Below, one piece after another: positions 1-8,985 of a DNA stretch of 64,000 bases (the first letter of the stretch is position 1; the number at the start of each line of letters is the position of its first letter). The position numbers and the translations under genes are program-made. The stretch is from Candidatus Wolfebacteria bacterium GW2011_GWE2_44_13 (GTDB taxonomy: Bacteria > Patescibacteriota > Minisyncoccia > UBA6257 > UBA9933): NCBI GenBank assembly GCA_001000675.1, contig LCHW01000001.1, positions 218,294 through 282,293 of the forward strand, read 5' to 3'. The notes below the pieces were generated by a model. That model saw nothing but the letters and a program-made list of their open reading frames with translations. It had not been told where the DNA came from and did not search any database.

Positions 1-2
1 CT

Positions 3-272
3 TCGGTGCTCGATAACGTGCCGCTTGTCGCTGCCGCGATTAAGATGTTCTCTGACGACATCATCCCTGCGATTTGGGTATTGCTCGCACTTACCGCGGG
101 CACAGGAGGTTCTATGCTCGTCGTGGGCTCTGCCGCGGGTGTTGCCGCAATGGGACAGGTCAAAGACCTTACATTCGGCTATTACTTCAAGGTAGCGACT
201 CTGCCAGCAGTACTCGGATTTATCGGGGGTGTTCTTACTTGGACTGTGATATACTATCTCATTATTGCATAG
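3..272 (+). CDS. NhaD/ArsB-family Na+/H+ antiporter, C-terminal part (5' truncated by window)
   Basis: LDNVPLVAA and GTGGSMLVVGSAAGVAAMG motifs typical of NhaD-type IT-superfamily permeases; frame open to window edge. Confidence 0.8.
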   Translation, partial: SVLDNVPLVAAAIKMFSDDIIPAIWVLLALTAGTGGSMLVVGSAAGVAAMGQVKDLTFGYYFKVATLPAVLGFIGGVLTWTVIYYLIIA

Positions 273-285
273 CATTGTTTTACTT

Positions 286-735
286 ATGACTCAAAAAATA
301 CAATTCAAAATCGTTACGCCAGAAGCTACGGTGTATGAAAACGAAATAGACCAAGCGACGTTGCCGTGTATTAGCGGACAGGTGACGATTTTGCCAGGGC
401 ATCGTTCTTATATCGCTGCATTGCAAGCGGGGGAATTAATGCTCAAAAAAAATGGCGAAGAAATTCACCTTGCAGTTTCTGGTGGATTTGTTGAATTTGT
501 AAATAATACGTTGGTAGTGCTTGCTGATACGGCAGAACGTGCCGAAGCGATTGATATCAAGCGCGCAGAAGAAGCTCGACAACGCGCAGAAGATTTGAAG
601 AAAGAAAAGGTTTCTGTAAGTGAAATGGAATATGCTAAGGTTGCTGCGGCAATCGAACGAGAGGCAGTGCGTATCCGTGTTGCAAAAAAGCATCACACGC
701 GCCGTGGATTGCATATCGAAAACGACGAACAATAA
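286..735 (+). CDS. atpC: F0F1 ATP synthase epsilon subunit
   Basis: FKIVTPE...GQVTILPGH...AVSGGFVEF...LADTAE..EAIDIKRAEEA. Confidence 0.95.
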   Translation: MTQKIQFKIVTPEATVYENEIDQATLPCISGQVTILPGHRSYIAALQAGELMLKKNGEEIHLAVSGGFVEFVNNTLVVLADTAERAEAIDIKRAEEARQRAEDLKKEKVSVSEMEYAKVAAAIEREAVRIRVAKKHHTRRGLHIENDEQ

Positions 736-736
736 T

Positions 737-768
737 AAAAACCGTGCGCCTTGGGCGCACGGTTTTTT
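737..768 (+). terminator. Rho-independent terminator
   Basis: aaaaaccgtgcgcc-ttg-ggcgcacggtttttt hairpin right after atpC stop. Confidence 0.85.
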
Positions 769-775
769 GCCGTAT

Positions 776-802
776 TGTCATTCCCGCGCAGGCGGGAATC
801 CA
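776..802 (+). repeat. GTCATTCC-type REP-like palindrome
   Basis: tgtcattcccgcgcaggcgggaatcca; same family at 1892, 23221, 53104, 53193. Confidence 0.85.
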
Positions 803-857
803 TGAACCCTATTTCTGACGGTTTTTATTTTATATTAGTGGCAGTATACTAAAAGAT

Positions 858-1550
858 ATGAAGCGGCTATTATATTGGGCAAAAGATTATGTGCATATGG
901 CACGGCATGGGTTGGCTATGTATTTTTATTCCAAACCTCCGCAACAGTATATGGATTATGTGGTTGCGGGAAAATGCCCGATTATTATCCTCCCGGGTAT
1001 TTTGAGCCGATGGGCTTTTATGAAACCGCTTGCCGATATGCTTTCGCACGAAGGCCATTCAGTATATGTTGTACCAGCGCTAGGAAATAACTTATTGCAT
1101 ATAGAAGAATCTGCTCGTATTGTGCGCGCACTTATTAACGAGCATGATATTCGTGGCGCAGTTATTGTGGCACATAGTAAAGGAGGGCTTATCGGAAAGC
1201 AATACATGGAATTTTATAACGAAGATGAACGCGTTGTGGGAATGGTGAGCCTTGCCACGCCTTATACAGGTTCTGCTATGGCTCGTATCGTACCACATAA
1301 GGCGTTTACCGAGTTAGATCCGAAGAGTAAAGCCGTTGCGCAATTACGCTCACACACAAAAGCAAATGGGCGAATTATTTCTTTAATTCCTGAATTTGAT
1401 AATCATGTATGGGCAGAAAAAGGGAGTTGGCTTGAGGGAGCGTTTGATAATATTGTTCTTCCCGTACAAGGGCATCATGCAATCGTGTTTAGTCGTTATG
1501 CGGAAGCAGTTGTGCGGCAATCCATTGATCGGCTGTCTTCGGCGATATAG
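858..1550 (+). CDS. alpha/beta-hydrolase (lipase/esterase-like)
   Basis: ILPG oxyanion motif, AHSKGG nucleophile elbow, LATPYTGS, C-terminal GHH. Confidence 0.85.
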   Translation: MKRLLYWAKDYVHMARHGLAMYFYSKPPQQYMDYVVAGKCPIIILPGILSRWAFMKPLADMLSHEGHSVYVVPALGNNLLHIEESARIVRALINEHDIRGAVIVAHSKGGLIGKQYMEFYNEDERVVGMVSLATPYTGSAMARIVPHKAFTELDPKSKAVAQLRSHTKANGRIISLIPEFDNHVWAEKGSWLEGAFDNIVLPVQGHHAIVFSRYAEAVVRQSIDRLSSAI

Positions 1551-1620
1551 ACGATGATTATTTTTTCTAAGAGGAGTATACTTATTGGAGTATTCATCTA
1601 ACCGAATTTATTGTATATTC

Positions 1621-1878
1621 ATGCTATTAGAATTTTATGGGACCGAATGCCCCCATTGCATACACATGAAGCCGCTCATCGAGCGACTGAAGGCCGAGGA
1701 ACATCTCGATGTTCAATCGCTGGAAATGTGGCATAACCCCGAGAATGCAGCGAAGATGAAAGAATACGATAAAGGGTTGTGCGGAGGTGTTCCGTTTTTC
1801 TTCAATACGGAAACAGGAAAGCATATTTGCGGAGGAACTGATTATGATACGTTGAAGCAATGGGCGATAGGGAAGTAA
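1621..1878 (+). CDS. small thioredoxin/glutaredoxin-like protein
   Basis: ECPHC (CxxC) and GGVPFF cis-Pro motif; ATG at 1621. Confidence 0.8.
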   Translation: MLLEFYGTECPHCIHMKPLIERLKAEEHLDVQSLEMWHNPENAAKMKEYDKGLCGGVPFFFNTETGKHICGGTDYDTLKQWAIGK

Positions 1879-1891
1879 TAGCCCCTATGTT

Positions 1892-1918
1892 TGTCATTCC
1901 CGCGGAGGCGGGAATCCA
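1892..1918 (+). repeat. GTCATTCC-type REP-like palindrome
   Basis: tgtcattcccgcggaggcgggaatcca. Confidence 0.85.
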
Positions 1919-1996
1919 GAGCCCTTTTAACCTTAGCGATAAATCCATTCCCGTGGTATAATAAATCATATACACAGCATATAAATAATCATACTT

Positions 1997-2389
1997 ATGG
2001 AAACGAAAAAAGTTGTTCTTGTTGTCGATGATGTGCCGGAAATAATCGAAGTTATTGCTACGGTACTTGAGCGCGATCACATCGAAGCGCTTATTGCTAA
2101 TAGCGGACAAGAAGCGATTGCGATGGCTAAAGAGCACAAGCCAGACCTTATCTTGCTCGATTTTAAGATGCCAGATATGGATGGTGCAGAAACCTACGCA
2201 AAGCTCAAAGAGGATGATACAACAAAAGATATTAAAGTTGTATTCCTAACCGCCTTCGGCAATATTAAAAAGTTGGAGCTCGACCCAAAACTTATTGCGC
2301 TAATCGAACAGACCCCAATTATTCAAAAGGGGGGAGATATCGGTGAATTGCGTACGGAAATCAGAAAGCATCTCGGAATAACCGAATAA
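1997..2389 (+). CDS. single-domain response regulator (CheY-like receiver)
   Basis: VLVVDD, PDLILLDFKMPDMDG, FLTA, K motifs. Confidence 0.9.
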   Translation: METKKVVLVVDDVPEIIEVIATVLERDHIEALIANSGQEAIAMAKEHKPDLILLDFKMPDMDGAETYAKLKEDDTTKDIKVVFLTAFGNIKKLELDPKLIALIEQTPIIQKGGDIGELRTEIRKHLGITE

Positions 2390-2403
2390 ATAAAAAACAA
2401 CCC

Positions 2404-3099
2404 TCATGGGTTGTTTTTTTGCTCCTCTTGCGTGTGTTGTTCCTCCGCTTCTTCTTTTCGTATAATTTTTTCCTCTTCCGCCTGGAGTGTTCCAAAGCCG
2501 AACATGAGAAATATTACAATACTCGCAAGGATGATGCCGAGTAGATTAATGAAAAACAGTGCAAACGATTCCGATATAATAACTGACGAAAGATTTCTAA
2601 TCCCAATCGCAGTGGCCGCAAGCGGCGGTAAGAGTGAAACGGTAATGGCTATACCTGGAATCGCGGGAGATAGATTCGGGCGCACCCATGCATACGCTGC
2701 TCCCGCTCCTGCAGCGAAGGCAATGAGAAATAGGTTTAGGTTCGGGTGAAACGAATTAATCAGTTCGTTGTCTTCGCTTGCAAATAAGAATGCGACGATA
2801 AGTGCAATGAAAATAACAAAGCCCAATGCTTTTAAGAGATGGGTAATAATCCACTTGAGACTTTTACCGCTTGCGGTGGTGATCGCAAGGCCAATTCCCA
2901 AGAGTGGAGAGAGGAGTGGGGCTAGAATCATTCCGCCAATTAAGATAACGATGCTGCCCTCGAGTAATCCAAGCGTTACAATTAGGGTTGATATCGAGAG
3001 CATGAAATAGAAGTCGATATCCGTCCTGCTTCCAGCGATTAGCTTCTCTATTGCTTGGCGAAGTTCAGTGTGTCCAGTTTTTAAAATAGGGTTAAACAT
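2404..3099 (-). CDS. DUF389 (TIGR00341-like) membrane protein
   Basis: ILIGGMILAPLLSP and PGIAITVSLLPPLA motifs, multiple TM segments. Confidence 0.8.
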   Translation of the reverse strand: MFNPILKTGHTELRQAIEKLIAGSRTDIDFYFMLSISTLIVTLGLLEGSIVILIGGMILAPLLSPLLGIGLAITTASGKSLKWIITHLLKALGFVIFIALIVAFLFASEDNELINSFHPNLNLFLIAFAAGAGAAYAWVRPNLSPAIPGIAITVSLLPPLAATAIGIRNLSSVIISESFALFFINLLGIILASIVIFLMFGFGTLQAEEEKIIRKEEAEEQHTQEEQKNNP

Positions 3100-3196
3100 A
3101 CTCGTAGTATAGCGTTTTTTAAGCTTCTCGAAAACCCTACTTTTAGCGTAAAAAGGTTGCAAAAATGATTAATTTCAGGCAATATTAAGAGCGTAT

Positions 3197-3270
3197 TGCC
3201 AGATCGTCTAATGGTAGGACAGCGGACTCTGAATCCGTCAATCTTGGTTCGAATCCAGGTCTGGCAGCCA
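3197..3270 (+). tRNA. tRNA-Gln (anticodon CTG)
   Basis: tgccaga/tctggca acceptor stem, gcgga-ctCTGaa-tccgt anticodon arm, GGTTCGAATCC T-loop, encoded CCA. Confidence 0.95.
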
Positions 3271-3379
3271 ATTTGAGCGCGGTTATCGCGCCCGATTTCA
3301 TTATGGGCCTTGAGCGCCCTAGATGCAATCTAACTTCATTCTTAATCAATTCGTTTTAGCACAAAATATACAATAAAAT

Positions 3380-4663
3380 ATGAACCTAGTATTTCCAACA
3401 GAAGGCGAGGTAATTGATTTCTTTACTGTCCATACTGGGTATCTTGATGTTCATCGCATTTCTGAATTACTAGTAACTCATCAGCATGCCAACCTCCAAG
3501 AAAGTGAATGGAAACATATATATAAAGTCTTACACAAGCTTAAATCGGAAGGTTATTTATTAGTACAGAATGAGGGCGGAGATATATATAGTGAAAAATT
3601 TTCATCTACTCCAGACAGGATAGAAAAATTTAACGAGAGGAAGGCGAAGGATAAGGAATTCTATACAAATAAAAATAAAAATAGGGCGGGTACGGTTAAT
3701 TTCGATTATTCTAATAACAACGGCATATATTTTATTGGAGATGCTGATTACTTATTTGGCATTAAATTCTCATCTGCTTCTCAGGACTCTATCCATGTAT
3801 ATAATGATCATACCACTATTGATTACATTGCCTTAATAAAAAATGTTACCAATTTTGATCAAATAAATTTTAATATAAAATACGATGGAACTTCTCGATC
3901 ACGGAGTCCTGAAGTTGGACAGATAGTTTTATTTAAAAATAAAAATGGTAGATACGCTCTGATTAAAATTGAAGATATTAAAGTTGAAAACCGTGGAGAT
4001 AAAAATGACGAGGTCACTTTTTCATTTAAAATTCTCGATGATAAATATCCTGACCTAATCGTGGGCGAAGAAAGGTTCTCGGGAAATTTTTCTCTAAGTA
4101 AAAAAAGCAAGACTGACCTTGACGATAGCGTTGTAAGTGGGGATAAAATTATCGCTATGGGGATAGCTCAAGATCCAGCAAGAGAATCTTGGTACAAAAT
4201 ATCGTGGCCTATTTTTAGAAAGTTGCCAAAAAAAATTTTAGTAAGCATAATTTTCGTATCTATTTCCATAATTTTATTATTTGTTTTTGATTTTAATTTG
4301 GATAGTGTACAAATTGGTCCGTTAGGTTTTGCGCCTCCCAAGGAACAGATCGAAGAGATTCCTAAAAATATACAGGGAGAGGCTAAATTAATCGCAGATT
4401 CAATAGTGATTACAGGGTGGGAAGATCCCGGCGATTACATTGGCTATCTTAGTCAAATATCTTCTTTCTATCAGCGACATCAAGACATATATCCCGCAGA
4501 AGCTGCTACTTACAAGAGGCAATTAGTTGAATGGCAGGATAAATTGCAAAGAATAAATAATTCAGGAAGTACGATTTACAATTCTGATTTTAGGGTTTTG
4601 GAAGGATTAGTTAACTCAGCTCAAAGCCAATTAAGAAAAATTTCTACAATTATTAATCCTTAA
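3380..4663 (+). CDS. hypothetical multidomain membrane-anchored protein in AT-rich islet
   Basis: 427-aa ORF; wHTH-like N-terminus, central beta-rich domain (FDYSNNNG...SRSRSP), one TM segment. Confidence 0.7.
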   Translation: MNLVFPTEGEVIDFFTVHTGYLDVHRISELLVTHQHANLQESEWKHIYKVLHKLKSEGYLLVQNEGGDIYSEKFSSTPDRIEKFNERKAKDKEFYTNKNKNRAGTVNFDYSNNNGIYFIGDADYLFGIKFSSASQDSIHVYNDHTTIDYIALIKNVTNFDQINFNIKYDGTSRSRSPEVGQIVLFKNKNGRYALIKIEDIKVENRGDKNDEVTFSFKILDDKYPDLIVGEERFSGNFSLSKKSKTDLDDSVVSGDKIIAMGIAQDPARESWYKISWPIFRKLPKKILVSIIFVSISIILLFVFDFNLDSVQIGPLGFAPPKEQIEEIPKNIQGEAKLIADSIVITGWEDPGDYIGYLSQISSFYQRHQDIYPAEAATYKRQLVEWQDKLQRINNSGSTIYNSDFRVLEGLVNSAQSQLRKISTIINP

Positions 4664-4751
4664 GAACATGGGTTGCCTTACGAATTTTACGAGGGCTGCG
4701 TGACAAATTTGCTTCGCAAATCTGTTTTATGTTGCGTATACTTATAAAAAA

Positions 4752-5129
4752 ATGAGATATTGTTCTGAATGTAAAAAAGAAAAGAAAGGCTTTTGGTGTG
4801 ATTTTTGTAAAAATAATACTGGTAATAATTTTGTATTAAAGATTGAGCCTAGTATTGTAAAGATACGCCTTCATCTGATAAGGATGACGCATAAGCGGCT
4901 GGGAGTTAAAAAGTTTTTATTCAGAGTCTTTGTTGGTTGGCAAGAAACGAAAGGGCTCGATTCGGTTAAATATCCAGAGGGGGTGTATATACATAGAACG
5001 GTAGATCGAGAGCATGATAAATACAAAGAAATTATTATAAGCGCTGAGACTGGTGAGATAACCAGAAATGTGAGCGAGCTACTTAGCCAACATATACCGA
5101 ATAAGCAAAAGCGGAATAGTGATAACTAA
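4752..5129 (+). CDS. hypothetical protein with N-terminal zinc ribbon
   Basis: CxxC-x8-CxxC at N-terminus; AT-rich. Confidence 0.6.
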   Translation: MRYCSECKKEKKGFWCDFCKNNTGNNFVLKIEPSIVKIRLHLIRMTHKRLGVKKFLFRVFVGWQETKGLDSVKYPEGVYIHRTVDREHDKYKEIIISAETGEITRNVSELLSQHIPNKQKRNSDN

Positions 5130-5387
5130 TAAACTTTTCGCATTATTTTTAAAGCGCCCGAGGTACATCGACACGATATACTAAAATAGGTAGGAAAAGC
5201 CTTGCGGGGCCTAGCCGGTGGTGACTCTAACTCGACTTGGCCAGCACTTCGGCAAGCTCAGTACAAGCCATAAACATAAAGCCACTCCTTTGAGAGTGGT
5301 TTTGTGTTTATGGGAATAAAGGCATCCTTTTTATTTTAATAAAGTTGTCACATAGCTTCTTGGGTAGTACTATATGAGTAATAAGGG

Positions 5388-5416
5388 AAATTAATAGTAC
5401 CTGACCCCATTAATTT
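5388..5416 (-). repeat. ATTAATGGGGTCAGNYACCATTAAT-type palindromic repeat
   Basis: aaattaatagtacctgaccccattaattt; related copies at 6021-6040, 6334-6358, 10681-10722. Confidence 0.75.
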
Positions 5417-5449
5417 CGCTCGAGGTGCGTATTAAATAATATTAAAAAG

Positions 5450-6007
5450 ATGCCTACTATTCTTCTAATATTTCTTTAGACAATATTCATCATTTATTGG
5501 ATTGGGCTTGCTCGAGGGAACAAGCGCACTCAATATCATAAGAAGGTCGCCATAGGAGGAGCCATTCCGCGGTTGGTTCTCATCGCACTAATCGTTCTGC
5601 TTTGGGTTATTCCCTTATTTTCAGGCTCAGTTTTCTTCTCGAATGAAATAAATACGGTCGTCGGTCTATTCCTTTGTATATGCGGATTGGGCTTTGCCGT
5701 GTGGGCTCGACGTACGCTCGGGACTAATTGGAGTGCGAACCCGGTCGAAGTCAAAGCGAAACATGTGTTTATAACTACTGGCCCGTACCGAATAGTCAGA
5801 CATCCAATTTATACGGGTGTCATTTTTGCACTTGCGGGTACTTTCCTAGTAGATAATAGATGGCGCACGCTTCTGTTGTTTATTATAGTATCTATTGGTA
5901 TGGTGCTGCGTTCCAGATTGGAAGATGAGCTTATGGCGCGACAGTTTCCTCAAGAATATCCTGGATATAAAAAGAGGGTACCAGCTTTGATTCCGGGAGT
6001 ATTTTAA
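5450..6007 (+). pseudogene. isoprenylcysteine carboxyl methyltransferase (ICMT/Ste14) family gene with in-frame TAG at codon 10
   Basis: GPYRIVRHPIYTG and EDE..F..EY..YKKRVP motifs; upstream in-frame ATG 5450 reads MPTILLIFL*TIFIIYW (TAG 5477-5479). Confidence 0.7.
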
Positions 6008-6020
6008 ATTATGCATAAAA

Positions 6021-6040
6021 GGGGTCAGCCACCATTAATT
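6021..6040 (+). repeat. GGGGTCAG palindromic repeat (partial)
   Basis: ggggtcagccaccattaatt. Confidence 0.65.
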
Positions 6041-6090
6041 GTGATTATTTGTGCTATACTATTCATCAATAAATAATAATAATCATCACT

Positions 6091-6324
6091 ATGGATACCG
6101 AAGAAGACGATATAATAATAAAAGATGCATATGGAACTGTTCTTGCGAACGGTGATGCGGTTATTTTGGTCAAAGACCTAAAGGTGAAGGGTTCGACTGT
6201 GACGCTGAAAAAAGGTACGAAGATCAAGAACATTCGGCTTACTGATGACGAAGCAGAGATCGAATGCAATTCTGATGCAGTAAAGGGGCTTGTGCTGCGG
6301 ACCGAATTTGTGAAGAAAGCATAA
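6091..6324 (+). CDS. PhnA/YjdM C-terminal domain protein
   Basis: KDAYGTVLANGDAVILVKDLKVKG...KKGTKIKNIRL...LRTEFVKKA. Confidence 0.85.
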   Translation: MDTEEDDIIIKDAYGTVLANGDAVILVKDLKVKGSTVTLKKGTKIKNIRLTDDEAEIECNSDAVKGLVLRTEFVKKA

Positions 6325-6333
6325 ACTTTTGAA

Positions 6334-6358
6334 ATTAATGGGGTCAGCTACCATTAAT
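6334..6358 (+). repeat. GGGGTCAG palindromic repeat
   Basis: attaatggggtcagctaccattaat. Confidence 0.75.
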
Positions 6359-6374
6359 AATTATGTAATAAGAA

Positions 6375-6404
6375 CAGAAAAATCGCCACATGGCGATTTT
6401 TCTG
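6375..6404 (+). terminator. Rho-independent terminator
   Basis: cagaaaaatcgcca-ca-tggcgatttttctg. Confidence 0.7.
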
Positions 6405-6486
6405 TAAGAGGCATTGAAAGAAGACTGACTGTGCACACGTACTAGTATATAGAAGCCGTAAACCTATTCACGAACCATTTTCTTAT

Positions 6487-8265
6487 ATGCACTCTATTAA
6501 AGAATATTTTCTCGCCCATAAAATCATCTCAATCGTTACCCTTATCGTTGTAGTATTTGCGGGGTATTGGGGGTATGGCAAGCTTACTGACACAAGTGCA
6601 GAACCACGTTATGTAACGGCAGCGGTGGAAAAGGGGACTTTGATTACTTCGATTACTGGAACCGGCCAAGTTTCCGCATCTAACCAGGTGGAATTAAAAG
6701 CAAAAGCGTCTGGCGATATCACTACTATTGCGGTTGTTAATGGACAAGAGGTTAAGGTGGGAGCACTTATTGTGCAGCTTGATGCGCGCGATGCGCAAAA
6801 GGCCGTACGCGATGCAGAAGTCAATTTGCAAAGTGCAAAATTATCGCTCGAAAAGCTCCGACAGCCTGCGGATACGCTTTCTGTGATTCAGTCGGAAAAT
6901 GCGTTGGCACAGGCACAACAAACAAAGCAAAACGCAGAAGATGACATCAAGAAAGCATACGATGATGGCTTCAATGCGATAGCAAATACATTTCTTGATA
7001 TCCCAACGATTATGACTGGGCTAGATGATGTATTTTTTTATGCAACAATCGATAAGGGAATGCCAAATATTAGTTGGTATATCAACCAGACATCAATCCA
7101 GGTTGCAGGGGAGCGCGAAAAGGCGATGCAAAACCAAGATGATTTTTATGCGGGATATAATGCATCGAGAGCGGCGTACACAAAAAACTTTGATGCCTAT
7201 AAGGCAGCTTCGAGAACGTCGAGTACGCAAACAATAGAGGCACTCATAGACGAAACGTATATGACCACGCGAACGATTGCCGATACGGTAAAGGCGGGCA
7301 ACAACCTTATCGACTTTGTAAAAGATTCTTTGACAAGAAACAATGTGAACGCAACCATTCCGGCAACAGTGGATGCGCATAAGGCAACATTAAATACATA
7401 CACAGGAACAACAAACGCGCACTTACTCAGCCTGCTTGCATTAAAGAGCACACTCAAGAGCAGTAGGGATGCAATTATAAATGCAGATCGAACGATAGCA
7501 GAAAAGACTGAATATATCGCAGACCTTAAGTCGGGCACTGACCCGCTCGATTTACAGGCACAGGAGTTGACTGTCCGACAGCGGGAAAATGCTCTACTTG
7601 ATGCGCGCGAGAAATTGGCCGATTATTATCTCCGAGCGCCTTTTTCTGGAACTATCGCAACATTGTCGATAAAATCATCCGACTCGATATCCTCTGGGTC
7701 TTCTATTGCAACGCTCATTACAAAACAAAAGCTTGCCGAAATATCACTTAACGAAGTTGACGTCGCAAAAGTGAAGGTGGGTCAAAAGGCAACCTTGGCA
7801 TTTGATGCGGTAGAAGGGTTGAGTATTAGCGGAGCGGTTGCCGAAATAGATACAGTAGGTGCCGTTTCTCAGGGTGTTGTGACGTATGTGGTAAAGATTG
7901 GATTTGATACGCAAGATGAGCGAGTAAAACCAGGAATGAGCGTTAGCGCTGCAATTATCACGGAAATGAAATCGGATGTTCTTACGGTCCCTAACAGTGC
8001 AGTAAAGACGCAAGACGATATCAGCTATGTTGAAATGTTTGAAGCGCCGCTTGAAAACGCGACGGGAACACAAGGTGCGATATCCTTGGTCGCTCCACAG
8101 CGAAAAACGGTAACAATAGGAATATCAAACGACACCATGACCGAAATCGTTTCTGGGCTACAAGAAGGAGATCAGATTATTACGCGGACGATAACGTCTT
8201 CTAACACGACTACGCAAACTGCCCCGAGTATATTCTCGACCGGAGGTGCGCGAATGGGTCGATAA
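6487..8265 (+). CDS. MacA-like efflux membrane-fusion (adaptor) protein with long coiled coil
   Basis: N-terminal TM, lipoyl-like halves (VVNGQEVKVG, LRAPFSG), KPGMS motif; operon with ABC ATPase and permease. Confidence 0.85.
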   Translation: MHSIKEYFLAHKIISIVTLIVVVFAGYWGYGKLTDTSAEPRYVTAAVEKGTLITSITGTGQVSASNQVELKAKASGDITTIAVVNGQEVKVGALIVQLDARDAQKAVRDAEVNLQSAKLSLEKLRQPADTLSVIQSENALAQAQQTKQNAEDDIKKAYDDGFNAIANTFLDIPTIMTGLDDVFFYATIDKGMPNISWYINQTSIQVAGEREKAMQNQDDFYAGYNASRAAYTKNFDAYKAASRTSSTQTIEALIDETYMTTRTIADTVKAGNNLIDFVKDSLTRNNVNATIPATVDAHKATLNTYTGTTNAHLLSLLALKSTLKSSRDAIINADRTIAEKTEYIADLKSGTDPLDLQAQELTVRQRENALLDAREKLADYYLRAPFSGTIATLSIKSSDSISSGSSIATLITKQKLAEISLNEVDVAKVKVGQKATLAFDAVEGLSISGAVAEIDTVGAVSQGVVTYVVKIGFDTQDERVKPGMSVSAAIITEMKSDVLTVPNSAVKTQDDISYVEMFEAPLENATGTQGAISLVAPQRKTVTIGISNDTMTEIVSGLQEGDQIITRTITSSNTTTQTAPSIFSTGGARMGR

Positions 8266-8268
8266 TAT

Positions 8269-8985
8269 ATGATCAAAATAGAAAACGTTACAAAAACATA
8301 TACAACGGGCGCGACTCCTTTTCAGGCGCTAAAAGGAGTAAGCTTTGAAATTAACGACGGAGAATTTGTCGCAATCATGGGCCCTTCGGGTTCTGGTAAA
8401 TCAACGTTAATGCATATCCTTGGTGCATTGGATACGCCGACTACGGGAAAATATATTCTTGATAGCAAGGACGTATCGCAATTGTCTGACGACGAGCTTG
8501 CGGACATTCGGAAAGACCGAATCGGATTTGTATTTCAATCGTTCAATTTGCTCCCTCGTGCGAGTGTATTGAGAAATGTAATGCTTCCGCTTATGTACGC
8601 AGGCATCGACCGCAAGGAGCGGGAACAACGAGCCCGCGTAGCGCTTAAGGCAGCGGGGTTGACCGAAGAACATTATGACCATCTTTCCAATCAGCTCTCG
8701 GGTGGACAAATCCAGCGTGTCGCCATTGCCCGCGCGTTGGTAAATAACCCATCACTCATTCTTGCGGACGAACCAACTGGAAACCTTGATTCGAAAACGG
8801 GAGAGATTGTAATCGACACATTTCAAAGATTAAATATTGAACACGGGCACACGATTATACTCATTACGCACGAACGAGAACTTGCTGAACACGCAGAACG
8901 TATCTTGTTTCTCAAAGACGGACAACTGGTCGAAGATACAAAAACGCACAAACGAAGAATTATTCACACCCATGACAACAGCTGA
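8269..8985 (+). CDS. MacB/LolD-type ABC transporter ATP-binding protein
   Basis: [35 protein letters not shown]. Confidence 0.95.
   Translation: MIKIENVTKTYTTGATPFQALKGVSFEINDGEFVAIMGPSGSGKSTLMHILGALDTPTTGKYILDSKDVSQLSDDELADIRKDRIGFVFQSFNLLPRASVLRNVMLPLMYAGIDRKEREQRARVALKAAGLTEEHYDHLSNQLSGGQIQRVAIARALVNNPSLILADEPTGNLDSKTGEIVIDTFQRLNIEHGHTIILITHERELAEHAERILFLKDGQLVEDTKTHKRRIIHTHDNS

Noticed and set aside
5225-5270. Possible attR copy of the tRNA-Gln 3' end
   Set aside because: Similarity is limited to a few bases (ggc.ag..cca) and interrupted by a repeat, too weak to call as a feature.
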